Position numbers and translations under genes: made by a program. The notes below the pieces were generated by a model that saw only the letters and a program-made list of their open reading frames with translations, was not told the DNA's origin and searched no databases. From Mesotaenium endlicherianum (lineage: Eukaryota), in NCBI GenBank assembly GCA_009602735.1, contig WELA01002943.1, forward strand, positions 60,447-116,922: a DNA stretch of 56,476 nucleotides, read 5' to 3'. Positions 44,416 through 56,476 of this stretch are shown here, one piece after another (within the stretch, counting starts at the first letter, position 1; the number at the start of each line of letters is the position of its first letter).

Positions 44416-47400
44416 ATGAGATTAGATGTCAGCTCCTTGGAGCCTGCCTCGTTGAGGCAGAAGACAGAGTTTGCTAACTTTCTTTCACCGCCATTCTTCA
44501 ATTTGCCGTCTGTTAAGGATGTGGGTGCCACTTACCATCATTCCATAAGTTTCTACCTTTTATGCCCACTTCTTTTCTTATGTAGTACTCGACAAGTTAA
44601 CACTACTTGCATATTTGTGAGGTATATCAGGGGGTGTGGGTGAGTGCAGACTGAGGTTCATCCGACTGCATGCTGATTGAAAAAGGTGTCTGTCCATGTA
44701 GACAGTTTTGAGAGTATTGTAGGTTTTTGGGTATCCTTTGCATGAGTTTGGATGTAATTCTGGAATATTTGACGGGTAGCACGATGGTTCTGAAAGATAT
44801 GAAACAGGGTATCCTCAACTCTCATTGCTGAGTGGAGAGTCGATTAAAAAACTGTTCAAGTAACCTGGAAAGTGTGTCGGGCAGTCACTTTCTTTGTGAC
44901 AGTTGGTATTTTCATACTGTGGGACTTGAGCATAGAAATCTGCTGCAGACAGTTAGGATCTTGAGTTTATGGCCCTTGTGCCCAGCTTATACCTCAGAGC
45001 AGTAAACAAAGCAGAAAGTGTTGTTAAAACTGCTGAATTGAGGACTTTGGACCGACTATAAACAAGAAGGAGGGGTCCGGAAGGGACGGATTTCACTAGG
45101 CTATGCTTCTTCAATTCGCTGCACTTGCATGTATTAAGCAGCAGTTTGACCTAGGGATTGCTTTCTGCTGCTTTTTGATGTCGCTCAATGTCTGCATGGG
45201 ACCTATCGTCATTAATTGTAACATTTTATGACTCTTTTATCCTATCCCATGCAGTTGGATGGCTTTCAAAAGGCAGCTGTGCAGATGGTGAAGCCTGCTC
45301 ATGGTACCACCACTCTTGCATTCTGTTACAAGGATGGGCTCATAGTAGCCGTGGATTCGCGAGCAAGCATGGGACAATACATCTGTGAGCACTTACATGC
45401 TTTCCCTCTCCATCAAGGCCCTCTCACCCTCTGTCGAAGCGAGAGGCTACACAAAGTAAAGCCTGGAATGAGTTGCGCATGAAGCCGAGCAAGACAATGA
45501 TATTATAAATATAGGCCTTTTGAGTGTGAGGGTTCTTTAGTTGTCCATTACAGCTTGCTTATGATGTGCACATTGAGATGTCTGAGTGAAGAGCTAGCAC
45601 TGCGGTCTTGTAGCTGAGGCTAAGTTTGACAGGACTGCTTATCCTGAGGGCATGCATAGACCGAGAAGAAGTTAAGACTTACCCTTAGGGCGATAGCGAG
45701 ACTCTGAGAGTCATGTAGGAGCATAATAGTCAAGAGCTGCCGCTGAAAGAATCAGAGGGCGCTTGTCTCAAGTAGTTCCTCGCCTACTCTTTAGCTTCTT
45801 CTGCCAACACCAGACGAGGCTTACAACTGTCCATCAACAAGAGCCTCTTGGCCCTCCCCTCCTCCCCCTCCTTTCTGGTCCCCCTCTTGAATCTCTTCCT
45901 TTGCCGCCTTCAACCTTCCAAGGGGTTGTCTTGACATCTTACATAGCAATACCGGCAGTATAGGGGGAAGATATGCAACTGTTGGCAGTCGCATATAGCA
46001 AACCTTGCCATGCTCTCTGGCCCCTCACTGACCCTGTGGCTCCCTCTGTCGCTCCCTTTGTGGGCTCAACGAGATACTGCCCCGTGACCTCGCCTCCTTT
46101 GCCCCTCACTGGCCCTGCAGCTCCCTTTGTGGCTCCTCACGGGTCTGCCAAGCTCTTCTCTCCTCGGCCCCTCCCCTTACTGTCCCTGTGGCCTCACTGT
46201 CCCTGTGGCTGCCTCTGCTGCTCCCTCTGTGGCTCCACATGTGTGTGAGCAGCGTCACAGACGGTGAAGAAGGTGATTGAGATCAATCCCTACCTGCTGG
46301 GCACCATGGCTGGAGGAGCGGCCGACTGCCAGTTCTGGCAGCGCAACCTGGGGATGCGTGTGAGCCTCTCCTCTCCTCTCCCTCTCCTATCCTCTCCTCT
46401 CCTCTTCTCTCCTCTCCTCTCCTCTCCTCTCCTCTCCTTGCCCCTGTTGCAGGGCAAGCTCGCTCCTTCGCAAGCAGGCTTTCCGGATATCCAGAGCACT
46501 TGGTGGTTGAGGGTTCTTTCTGGCATGAGATGAGCAACTCTGCGTGAAGCCCCATGTGAGTCTCTCCTGACTGCAGCCGGTGAATGCAAGGACATATTGG
46601 AGGAGATGTCGCCTCTGGCCTGTGCGAGGCAGAGGCTTCCCAATTTTCTCGTCCCCAGAAATAGACACATAAAAAGAAATGCCTGAGACGAAGTTGCTCA
46701 AGGCAAGATCGCCAGCAGCAATGCCTGTGACCGGGTTCCTTCTGCTCCTCCTGCTCCTCCTGCCGGCTGATTCTTGGGGGGACATGCTCTCTCGTGCGCG
46801 CGCGTGCGCGCGATTGCGCTGGAGTGGATGTGCAGTGCCGGCTGCACGAGCTGCACAACGGGCGGCGCATCTCGGTGGCGGGCGCGTCCAAGCTGCTGGC
46901 CAACACGCTGTACAGCTACAAGGGCATGGGGCTGTCTATCGGCACCATGATCGCCGGCTGGGACGAGTCGGTGCGCCCCTGTGCTCCCCACACCTTACCT
47001 GCCCCCCTGTGCTTGTGCACGTGCGCGTGCGCCTCTCTGTCTGTGTGTTTCTTTCTCTCTTTGTGTGTGTGTGTGTGTGTGTGTGCGCACGCGCACGGGT
47101 GCGTTTGTGTGGCAATGCCCAAATTCCTTCCCTAGAATGCACGCGCACCGGTGGGTAGAGGGGCCCAACGTGTCCTACGTGGACTGCGACAATTCTAAAC
47201 CCTAATCCTTCATTTCTTTTCTATAAATCGCATGCGCAGGGGCCCAACCTGTTCTACGTGGACAACGACGGGTCGCGCGTGAAGGGGCAACGCTTCTCCG
47301 TGGGCTCCGGGTCCACCTACGCTTACGGAGTGCTCGATGCCGGGTGCGTCCCCCTCTCCCCCCCCCAAAAAAAAATCCACATCCAGCCGGCTCCTCCTCT

Positions 47401-48034
47401 CTCCATGTGTGTGTGGCTTGACGTGCTCCTCCTGAGCCTCTCTGACGAGCTCGGAGCCGCCTTCCAGGCACCCTTTCTGGCACCCTTTCTGGCACGCATT
47501 AATGTTGTGCAGCACTGGAAAGTGTGCACACGTGTGTGCGTGTGCGTGCGTGCGTGTATGCTTGCGTGTGTGCGTGTGTGTATGTGGCAACGTGTGCGTG
47601 CGTCTCTTTCTCTCTCTGTGTGTGTGATAGAAAGAGAGTGTGCACGTGCGCATGCCTGTGCGTATGTGTGTGGCTGTGGGTTTATGTGTGCGGACGTGCG
47701 CATTCATGTGTGTGTGTGTGTGTGTCTCAGCACGTGGGCGTGTCTGTATGTGCAAGTGTGTGTGCGAGTCTCTTTAGAGGTGTGTGGTTACAGAAGTTCG
47801 CATGCATATGTGCGTGAGTGTGTGCATGCGTGAGTGCCCGTGCATCTGAGGCCCTCAGGTGACTACTTCTGGTGAGGGGTGGCAGGTACAAGTATGACAT
47901 GTCATATGAGGAGGCCATCGAGCTCGGGCGGCGCTCCATCTACCACGCCACCTTTCGCGATGCCGGCTCAGGCGGAACTGTCTCAGGTGCTCACTCTTGC
48001 CTGCGCCACGGGCACCCCCCCCATCCTACGACGC

Positions 48035-48101
<67 letters not shown>

Positions 48102-48428
48102 TGTACGCGTGCGTGTGTGTGTGTGTGTCTACCTGTATGTGTGTGTATCTCGCACTCACCCGTGGGAGCACCCATTGCTTATGCTTAATAATCGCTATGG
48201 CTTACTCCACAGGCTTTACTGCTCTCGCCTCTCGTGCGACTCATCGCTCGCTCTTTTGTTGGGTTCTGTTGAACGCCCGCAGTGTACCACATAGGGCCTG
48301 AGGGATGGAAGAAGGTGCTGGGCGACGATGTGGGAGAGCTGCACTACAAGTACTACCCCGTGGAAGGCGAGGCTGTGCCCGAGCAGGCCATGGCTGACGA
48401 CTCCACGACGCCCGCTGCCACTTCGTAG
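44416..48428 (+). CDS. PBE1: 20S proteasome subunit beta type-5 (plant PBE type), 7 exons
   Basis: Exons 44416-44520 (MRLDVS.. propeptide), 45255-45384 ([15 protein letters not shown]), 46253-46359 ([25 protein letters not shown]), 46836-46970, 47240-47343 (FSVGSGS), 47886-47986 ([11 protein letters not shown]) and 48283-48428 (VYHIGPEGW.., TAG). Catalytic Thr1 follows the Gly cleavage site. Confidence 0.96.
48036..48127. repeat. (CT)n(GT)n compound microsatellite in proteasome intron 6
   Basis: Direct reading of the sequence. Confidence 0.92.
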
Positions 48429-49527
48429 CTTGGGACAACAATGACGTGACAGTGCTTGTGCCTTCGGTAGACTCTGGTTTGAGTATCTACACTGTGGAAT
48501 TTTGGAATCGTAGAATTGTGGAAGCACAGACCTCAGGTGGACTCGATGAGAGATGAATTGTCAGCAAGTGGTGTTTTGGCTTGCTTATCATGCATGCTTG
48601 CATGCGTGCTTCTGCGCTTGCTTCTGCGCTTCCAATGCATGTGATCTTGTTATATTGGCAATCTTGTGTTGGGCAACGCTGGCACAGTGGTTCCTTCACG
48701 TTGCCAGCACGGATGTGCTACCCCACTTTTGCTCTGAGAGGCACATGGGTCAACTACGTAGACTTGCAGGGTTCATGACAAATCAGAAGCTTCATTAAAG
48801 AAATGAAACTCAGGTGTGGGTCTTCAACATAAGGCAATTATTATGTAGTTGGTGGCGAGCAGTTATGTTGATTAAACAAGAAACATTCTATGTTTTTTTA
48901 TATCTTACTTTGATCTTTCACTCTATTTAGGTGCCATGCATAGTTGAGCTTTGCATGGGCGAAGCCTCAAGCAACTAAAGCATGCAGCTGGCGCAACTCA
49001 AGCAATCTATCAATTAAGCTAGCTAGTCAACAACAAAGGCTACAATTAATAATGGGTTTGCATATGCACACAGGATACGAGAAGCTAGGCACCTGCACCC
49101 GTCATAATTAACTACGTAGGCTGCAAAAAGCAAGACGAGAACAAGATTAACATGAGCTCATCGTGCATGCATGCTGTGTGCAGTCACTCGCTGATAAAAA
49201 TTTCTCCTATATTAATTGCGGAACTCGGATGTACTTCAGTACTACAAGGCCTGAGCGTAAATTCCATTGATTTGTCCTCACCATAAGCCACTCAATTCCC
49301 AAACAATGGCCTTTTTAAAATATCATTTCCTCCTTTCGAATAAATTTAAGTACCCTATGTTACACTTACACTCCAGTGACTCAGTAACAGCAACACACTC
49401 GAGCCCTTACAAGAGAGTAGAGCTTCTACACCCTAAATGACATACCTCATCCTCAGAGACTTTAACCCTTGCCCTAACTCTAACCCAAACCTAACCCTAA
49501 TCCTACCCTGAGGCAGAGCCCTCTCGC

Positions 49528-52500
49528 TCAAAAGGCCTCGGTGCAAACCCACTTCGTGGCAGACCACTTCTCGCCACGCAGCACGGGGCACCCGGCGTGC
49601 GTCGAGTTCAGGTCCAGCTCCCCCCTCAGGCTGATGTTCCAGAAGAGGACAGCCTTTCCCTTCTCCGGTTTCACAGAGAGCCCCGGCACCTGCAGTCCGC
49701 CGCAGGGGGCCGTGCTACCCCCAGGGCCTCCCGCCTTTGTAAAGAGAGTCTCCCCCCCTTCCACGCCTGCCGATAGGTACATCAGAATGGTGGCTGCCCT
49801 CTGGCCGCGGCAGACGTTGCCCTCCCCGTATATGATGTCCTCGTGCTCCCGGTAGAACTGCCCGCTGTCGTAGCGTAGGACCTGCCCGTTGTAAGAAAAG
49901 ATGGAACAGAATATTGATGCCAATCTGTGAACTTGGTAGGACTGCCCGCTGTCATCGCGCAAGACGTGCACGTTGAATCGATAAGAACATATTTATATAT
50001 CGTAAAATCAACAAAAGCCTGTCTGTGCTTTAAAAAAGCTGCCCGTCGTCGTATTGCGGGACCTGCATGTTTTAGAACTTAACAAGGCAGACAATAGTAG
50101 CAAGACCAGAAGAATGGACACGTGCATTCAGAAGAATTGCCAGCTATTACCATACATAGGACCTGCACATTGTAAAAGTATCTATATAAAACCCAAATTT
50201 CATGCTGAGTTTATACGCATGCAGCAAACGCAGACTTACTGCCACTATATGCACGCGTTTTCCAACAAAGACACCAACACCCACATGCCCACACACGTGC
50301 ACACGCAGCACGCGCGTACACCCCCACAAAGCACGCATGCACGCACGCAGGCAGTGACACACGCCCCTACCTACCCCATCACACACAGCCACCCACTCAC
50401 TGCTTGACGCGTGCACATAGCGCACACACGCACCCACTCAACACACACACACAAATCCACCCATCCAACGCTTCATACAAACGCACCCACCCACCCACCC
50501 ACCCATTCACCCACCCAGACCCACACACACAGGGGAGAGAGAGAAGGAAGAGTGGGAGAGAGGGAGGGAGGGAGAGAGGGAGAGGCAGCGCGAGGCGCAC
50601 CTGCATGGCCTCCCCGTTGTCGGCCACGGGAATCTGTGCAAAGTGGCTCATGCGGCTCAGGACGTCCTGCACCCGCTCGTCTTCCTCCTCCTGCTCGCTC
50701 AGAAAGTAGTTGGAGCTGTTGCGCCACGTGTCGGGCACGGCGTTGCCGGCGGCGTCGAGCACGGTGGAGGGCGCCATGTGCCCCGCCCTCGCCAGCGCCA
50801 CCAGGTGGTCGCACTCCGCGTCGGACAGGAAGCCGTGCAGCACCATGACGCGCGGCGTCCAGCTCAGCACCTCCGGCCTGACGCCGCCGCCCGCCCGCCC
50901 GCCCGCCCGCCCAGCCAGAGGCCACGCGTGCAGAGGGGAAGCAGTTGGGTCACAATCGCCAGTGGCANCGCTTCACAGCCATCCCCTTCCTCTCCCTCTC
51001 CCTCTCCCTCCCCCTCCTCTCCTCTCCTCCTCCCCTCCTTTTTGTCCTATCCCTCCAATTTCTCCTCAAGTTCTGCTGCTTCCTCCTCGTGCCAACCTAC
51101 TTTCCCCCCCCTGGACGAGCAGCCCTCTTCCGGCAGCCCCCTGATTTGCCAAGCTCGTCTCCCCTACGCTGGTGCAGCTTGTGTGCACCTCCTCTGTCTT
51201 CTCCGTGACACGTCACCGGGAGCTATCGCCCTTGAGGGAGTTGCAAGCCTAGCATCGAGCGTCAAAATGAGACTTTGCAATGCTTGCAATTAAGAAGTGC
51301 GCAACAGAATTACTTCAACGGGCTTCAACTCCGGTTTGGCGCGGGCAGAGTCGACTAATGAGGAGATGCAGGCAGGCAGGCGTTAGGCAGGCAGGCAGGC
51401 AGGCGTCTGTTGAGCAGGCAGGCAGCGGCGGGGGCCAGGCAGGAATGAGAAGGGGCACCTGACAAGGCCCAGGCGGAGCATCCTGTTGTGCCGCCGGCTG
51501 CTGGCGGCGGCAGCATCCTCGTCATAGTCAGCGCCGTCGGCGTTGCCATTGTCGCTGTCGTTGTCGTCGTCGTCGTCGTTATTGAGAGGCTTCTCAGGGT
51601 CAGCCTCCCCGCCCTCCTTGTCCACGCGCCCCTTGTCCCCGCGCCGTTCGTCCTCGTCTCGCTCCCCCTTCGGCCCCCCCCTCCCCCAGCGCTCTTCCTC
51701 CCGCTCCTTCTGCTCCCGCTCCCGTTCCCGCTCCTGCGGCTTCTGCTCCTGCTCCTCCTGCTCCTGCAGATGTGGCTTCTCCTTCGCCTCCCTCCTAGCC
51801 TCCTCTTCCTCCCCCCCCTCCCTCTCCTGCTGATCCAGCTCCTCCTCCTCCTCTAGCAGCTTTCTCCTCCTGCCATTCTGCACAAGGGGGCGGGCGTGAG
51901 CCACCAAGATAGCACGTCTAGCTGGCGGGGGAGCGAGGCAGGTAGCTCGAATGGCAAGGCACTGCGAGGGGCAGGTAGGCAGCAGCCACCTCGCAGTCAC
52001 CCAGCTAGGCAGCCAGCTGGCAAGCCACGCCCGCGACTGCTGCCTCTGACGCTTTTCTCGTGCACACTAGGCCCAGGATTCTTGCCAACTCGACGAAAAT
52101 GGCGAACTCTAAATTAGGGTTCCACATGACAGAGACCAATTAGGTTACACTTAGGATTACACGACAGTGCCCCCACGCCTCTTGCTCCTGCGGCGCTCTC
52201 GCAGCCGACAGCCCAGAAAGCCAGGGGGGCTGTCCTGCACTTCGTCAAATGCCCCCCCCGTGCACAAATGGGCCCGTCAAAGCCCCCACCACGTGTCCCT
52301 CCCACGCTTTGCTACGCCCACATGTGAAACCTCCCCCCTCCTGGGTCCTTGTCCCTGGGTGAAGATGACCCACAAACTTTTCCATTGATTGGATCAACCG
52401 AGTGCTTCAGGAATCTCTGAACCCTAACCCAGACGCCCAATCCCAACCCTGAACCCCCGAATCCCAGGCCTTCATTAGCAGGCTGTTTGCAGGGAGCTCC

Positions 52501-53239
52501 TCAAGTGAGGCTCTCCAGAATGCTTCTGTCGCTTGTCGTTGCTTCACGGAGAGGAACCCCAGACCCCGAACCCAAAACCCCCACCCTGCACCTGATAGCC
52601 CCAGACCCGAAACCCCCCACCCTGCACCTTGATAACCGAAACCTGAACCTGAACCCACCCTCACGAAAACCTTGGTAGAAGCCTCGAGATTGACATTGGC
52701 GAGATACGCAACCTCGGTGTAGAGCGTTGAATGGATGATGACGGCGTGGCTCTGACGAGCATGGCGATGAAGATCTGCAGAGTGCTCTCTGAAGGCAAAA
52801 GCGTATTCTAAAAGGTGGAGCGCAGATGCCCAGACTCTCCGTGAGTGCGGGAATGTGTGACACTTTTTTGGGAAACTGCCGTCCCAAGCCAAGATTGCAC
52901 GTGCCTTCAGCTCACGGCCCAGTATAGTGTACGTGCAACCTTTTATGTTGACATGATACTTCAGCTTTTCTTGGTCATATTTGAATCCTTATACATGGCC
53001 TCAACCATTGGTAAAGAGTGAAGAGGACTAAGTCATAAGATGACTTCGTTATCAATGCTGTAACTCACCTGCTGCTTAAGACTGACGAGCCCAACTGTGC
53101 TTCGCTTCTCGTCCATCTTCATTGCTCCGGACATAAGAGACGTTCTGTATTCTTCATAATCGAAGGAGGGCAGCAGAGCACTTCCTATCATAACTGCTGC
53201 GAGCAGCAAAATGCCCGTAGAATGCCATCTCAATATCAT
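49528..53239 (-). CDS. Prolyl 4-hydroxylase, plant P4H1-like (copy B), 4 exons, with an N-terminal hydrophobic anchor and a charged stem
   Basis: Exons 53239-53069 (MILRWHSTGILLLAAVMIGSALL..), 51877-51459 (E/Q/R-rich..MLRLGLV), 50877-50601 (PEVLSWTPRVMVLHGFLSDAECDHL..RNSS..NGEAMQ) and 49881-49528 (VLRYDSGQFYREHED..GQRAATILMYL..GGETLF..HAGCPVLRGEKWSATKW, TGA). Phases are consistent. Confidence 0.92.
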
Positions 53240-56111
53240 CCTCTGCCTATATGATTGAAATAAGTAGTAAGGGACTCAACAAAGCGCCTGCACTTTCCTG
53301 CCCTTACATCCCCTTACACCATGGGCTTACGCATCACGTTCGGACTGCTTGCAAGATACGTCTTGCAAATCGAACTGCATTGTATGAACGAGTCGAATCC
53401 AAAATACTGCCATGGCATGACGACTGAGCAATGAGAACAGAAACTAAGTGGCGAGGACTACTTGGAAGTTGGAAGATGGAAGTTGGAACTTGGAACTTGG
53501 GAGTCGGGATTTACCCTGGACCACGTAGGACTAGGTAAGAAAGTCATTAATTGTTCTCACGCTAACGACAATTAAGTACCTATTTGGACCTGTATAAAAC
53601 GTGTGCCAACTGGTCAATACCTCAAAAGAATGTTGCCGGTGGGATCCTGTCAGTCCTTGACTACAGTGTCTCGTTCTTGTCGGGTTATAAGCGTCATGTC
53701 AAACTTAGAAGGGACCCGGAATTAGTAGGAACTTTTTTATCTGAGTGACGAAAATGGACAAAAAGGCACAAAAGGGAAGTGATCTGGATTCTGCACTGAA
53801 GATATAAATTTAATTCTGCACAATAAGAAAAATATTGACAGACACAGTGTACTGCACTTGAAGCGTGACAGAGGCCGATTGTTTTCAATCGTCGGGCTTG
53901 TACCGATTTAAATAAGCATACTGGTATCAGCTCGCCTGAGGTTGGACGGCTAGTGGCCCGTGGGACACTGGGACGTGCTGCGACCGGTCACGGAGACCCT
54001 CCGGTTCCTATAATAATTAAGTGCCAAGATCCATTTTCTGGCGCTGCGTACAGGCTGCTCGGCGCTTGCAAGTTGAAGCAAATGCTCGCAACTTGATCTG
54101 CCTTGCTCCCATGCTGCACAAGCTGGCATTATAGCTGCTCCCTGCAGCTCCCTGGACTGCATGGGTCCCTTTCCCTTGGTATCGCATGGTATAGCAAAAA
54201 TGTTCTGACACGGGTACACGTGAGTCCTCAGCGCACCTCAAGACCCGGTCCCCGGAGAAAAAAATATTGCCAACATAAAGCCGCCCGCGGCTAAAAGCCT
54301 GGAGCCAGCTGCCTTCTTCATGCTTTCTTTCACTTTTAGCTTATACGAGAGGCGCCCTTTAGGTGCAAGCAAAGTGCAGACACAAGAGTTGTGGAGGAGA
54401 GTAAGAGAAGCTTGATTGCTCTCTGCAATAAACGGAGACCTTGAGACCAATTGCTTCGCTTTGTCTGTAGCGTTGAAGCTAGTGCCATTCCGCCTCGCTC
54501 CTATTGATATCTTGCAACGATGAGGGAAGTTGGATGGACTGTGGGCGAGAGCATATGCTGTGCCGTCATGGTGTGCAATGTCTGTATACTAGTATGCGCT
54601 AGCATCATCTTCAGCGACGGAGGAGAAGGAGATAACGTTTTCGATGAGAGAGTATGGGCTGAAGAAAGCACTGAAAGCCTGATAGTGAGGGTCGATAGTA
54701 TGGACCCTCCTCTTCTTATGCACATGCCGCAGAAGGTAGATAAGCATGACTGAAATTTTGAGGAACACGGCCAGGTGCAGTGAATTGGCAAGCACAGGGT
54801 ATATTGTCAAGTGACATTGCATCAGTGCAAGACAGGGTGAGGTCAATAGTTTGATAGCCTCAGCCCCTTGGACGCTATGTATTTGACGCTGTTGAAGGTC
54901 GGCTGCCATGAATCAGGTCTACTATCTCTTCATTCAGCGAAGCTGCGGAGCTGATAGATATATTTTTGCTCCAAAGCCACTTACGGGCCTTGGCATGGCA
55001 CTCGACCACCATTGCGTGGCTGGTCTTTTGACAGGAAGAAGTAGGTGTAGCACTCAGCGACTTAAATAGGTGTTTCGACTTTCAGACAACCCTTCCAGTG
55101 GCTGGAGGGTGAGGATGAGGAGTTGAGGCACTCGATTTAGAATCCTGAAGGTTTAAGGTCAGAACCTGGTGATTGTACATGCTCCTTCATCTCCATAGCT
55201 GTGTAGCTGTACATATTAGTTGCGACTGTTCTTTTTTGCAGTCTAACGCATTGCTGCATAGCCAGAGGTACTATCTGTTGCTGCACCTGGAGATGCACCT
55301 GAGAGTGCACCATCGGGTAGTGAGTCGCCTTTCGTAAGGGCACCGGACACTTGTAACCATACGATCATCAATTACAGAGAGACCCCTCTCCATGAGGGTC
55401 GTTTGTCTTCTTCGTCTTCCTGCTTGACATGTTTTCATACACTTGCTAAAAGATACTCTCCTTCCTTCACCAACCTACCTGGTGAAGTTTGTTTGTTCCA
55501 GCGGTCCAGACTGGGAGGCGACACAACTAGATGTCTTGCTATGGGGTTTTCAGAATTTTGTGGGCAGTGGCACGCACCTTGGTCACTCAAGATAAGCTGG
55601 GGAGTAGGCCGCTCTGCGGTCATTGGGATCTGCCTGTGCCGGGTTCTAAGTCTTTGCATCGACATGATCAAGCCACAAAGAAGCATTGTCTACCTTGTGA
55701 GGCTATGGTTTCAACAGTACTGTTTTCCTTCTTCGTAGGTTAACACCTGCAATTTGCTCGTCTTCACTAGACGCATTGATTAGTTCAGAAGTGAGCTGAT
55801 GGTGAAGCTGGTATCGTGCGCCAAGCTGACCCACAGCCGCAAGCCGCTGCAAAGCTCGCAAGTCGTGAGCTCTTGGTGGGTGGGCAAGCTTTTATGAGGA
55901 GTGACCAATCAAAAGTGAGGCGCAATCGTGTCACAGTGAGCAAAGTGTCTGGTAAGAGAGGGGGGGGGGGAGCTGCTTGCTATATCCTCGTGTAGCATCT
56001 TACGGTGAAGTTCTTTCAGGCAAGGGAGTTAGCAGTGTAAACGAAGAAACAGCACAGGAGTCTTCTTTGCCTCTCTCGCTCTCGCTCTCTCAGATCCGCA
56101 GTCGGATGCTT

Positions 56112-56163
56112 TGATGTACCTGATGTACCTGATGTACCTGATGCACCTGATGCACCTGATGTA
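56112..56163. repeat. 9-bp minisatellite TGATG(T/C)ACC, about 6 copies
   Basis: tgatgtacc x3, tgatgcacc x2, tgatgta. Confidence 0.85.
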
Positions 56164-56476
56164 ATGTAGCGTTGATGAATCTGATGCATGTTATGTATCT
56201 GAGATTGCTGATGTGTCACATGCATCAGGGCATCGCGGAGGAACTAGAGAGGTTGCGGAATTATTCTGAAAGTAACGTGTCCGAGGGAAGAGCTGGGGCA
56301 AGGGGACTTGGGAGACGGGAGACAGGAGATTGGAGATGGGGCAGAGCTTGGGGAGAAATGACAGCTGGCAGATGTTGAGGAAAGCTAGAGCACGGGGCAA
56401 GTGGAAGGGCGCGAGGCATCCCCCCGGCACAAGAGGGGAATCCATCTGGATACGTTGGGGGGGGGGCGGGTGTTGA

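Noticed and set aside
53917..53936. TGGTATCAG resembling an LTR-retrotransposon tRNA-iMet primer binding site
   Set aside because: Only 9 nt match, with no paired LTRs and no gag/pol ORF downstream on that strand.
55330..55690. Minus-strand PQLILSDQG...DRWNK...YGYKCP, reminiscent of a retroelement integrase core
   Set aside because: D-to-E spacing is wrong, frames are broken and there are no RT/RNase H motifs. An rve HMM or translated repeat-library search would be needed before calling it a mobile element.

Overview
Eukaryotic, GC-rich, intron-dense nuclear DNA with plant-type genes. A streptophyte green alga (Zygnematophyceae-like) is my inference, not an established fact. All protein identities below were recognised by eye; no database search was run. 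Gene order: 3' end of an SmB-like Pro/Gly-rich gene (+); SINA-family RING E3 ligase (-); tRNA-Ser(AGA) (-); a bacterial-type DenD-like NAD-dependent epimerase/dehydrogenase in at least 10 exons (-, 5403-15352); peroxisomal NAD carrier PXN in 11 exons (+, 16742-29502); prolyl 4-hydroxylase copy A (-, at least 10 exons); proteasome beta-5 (+, 7 exons); prolyl 4-hydroxylase copy B (-, 4 exons). Most ORF-track entries are shadows of microsatellite-filled introns. Most notable observations: (1) five intact exons of a fructose-6-P 2-kinase/fructose-2,6-bisphosphatase inside a PXN intron on the same strand, either real nesting/capture or a gap-filling chimera; (2) introns polarised as C-rich 5' end and G-rich 3' end with no polypyrimidine tract, suggesting structure-assisted splicing; (3) decayed copies of exon edges about 80-370 nt from the real exon in five genes; (4) an apparent 5-nt intron slide and very different intron numbers between the two P4H paralogs; (5) two required GC-AG introns. 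N gaps limit certainty.
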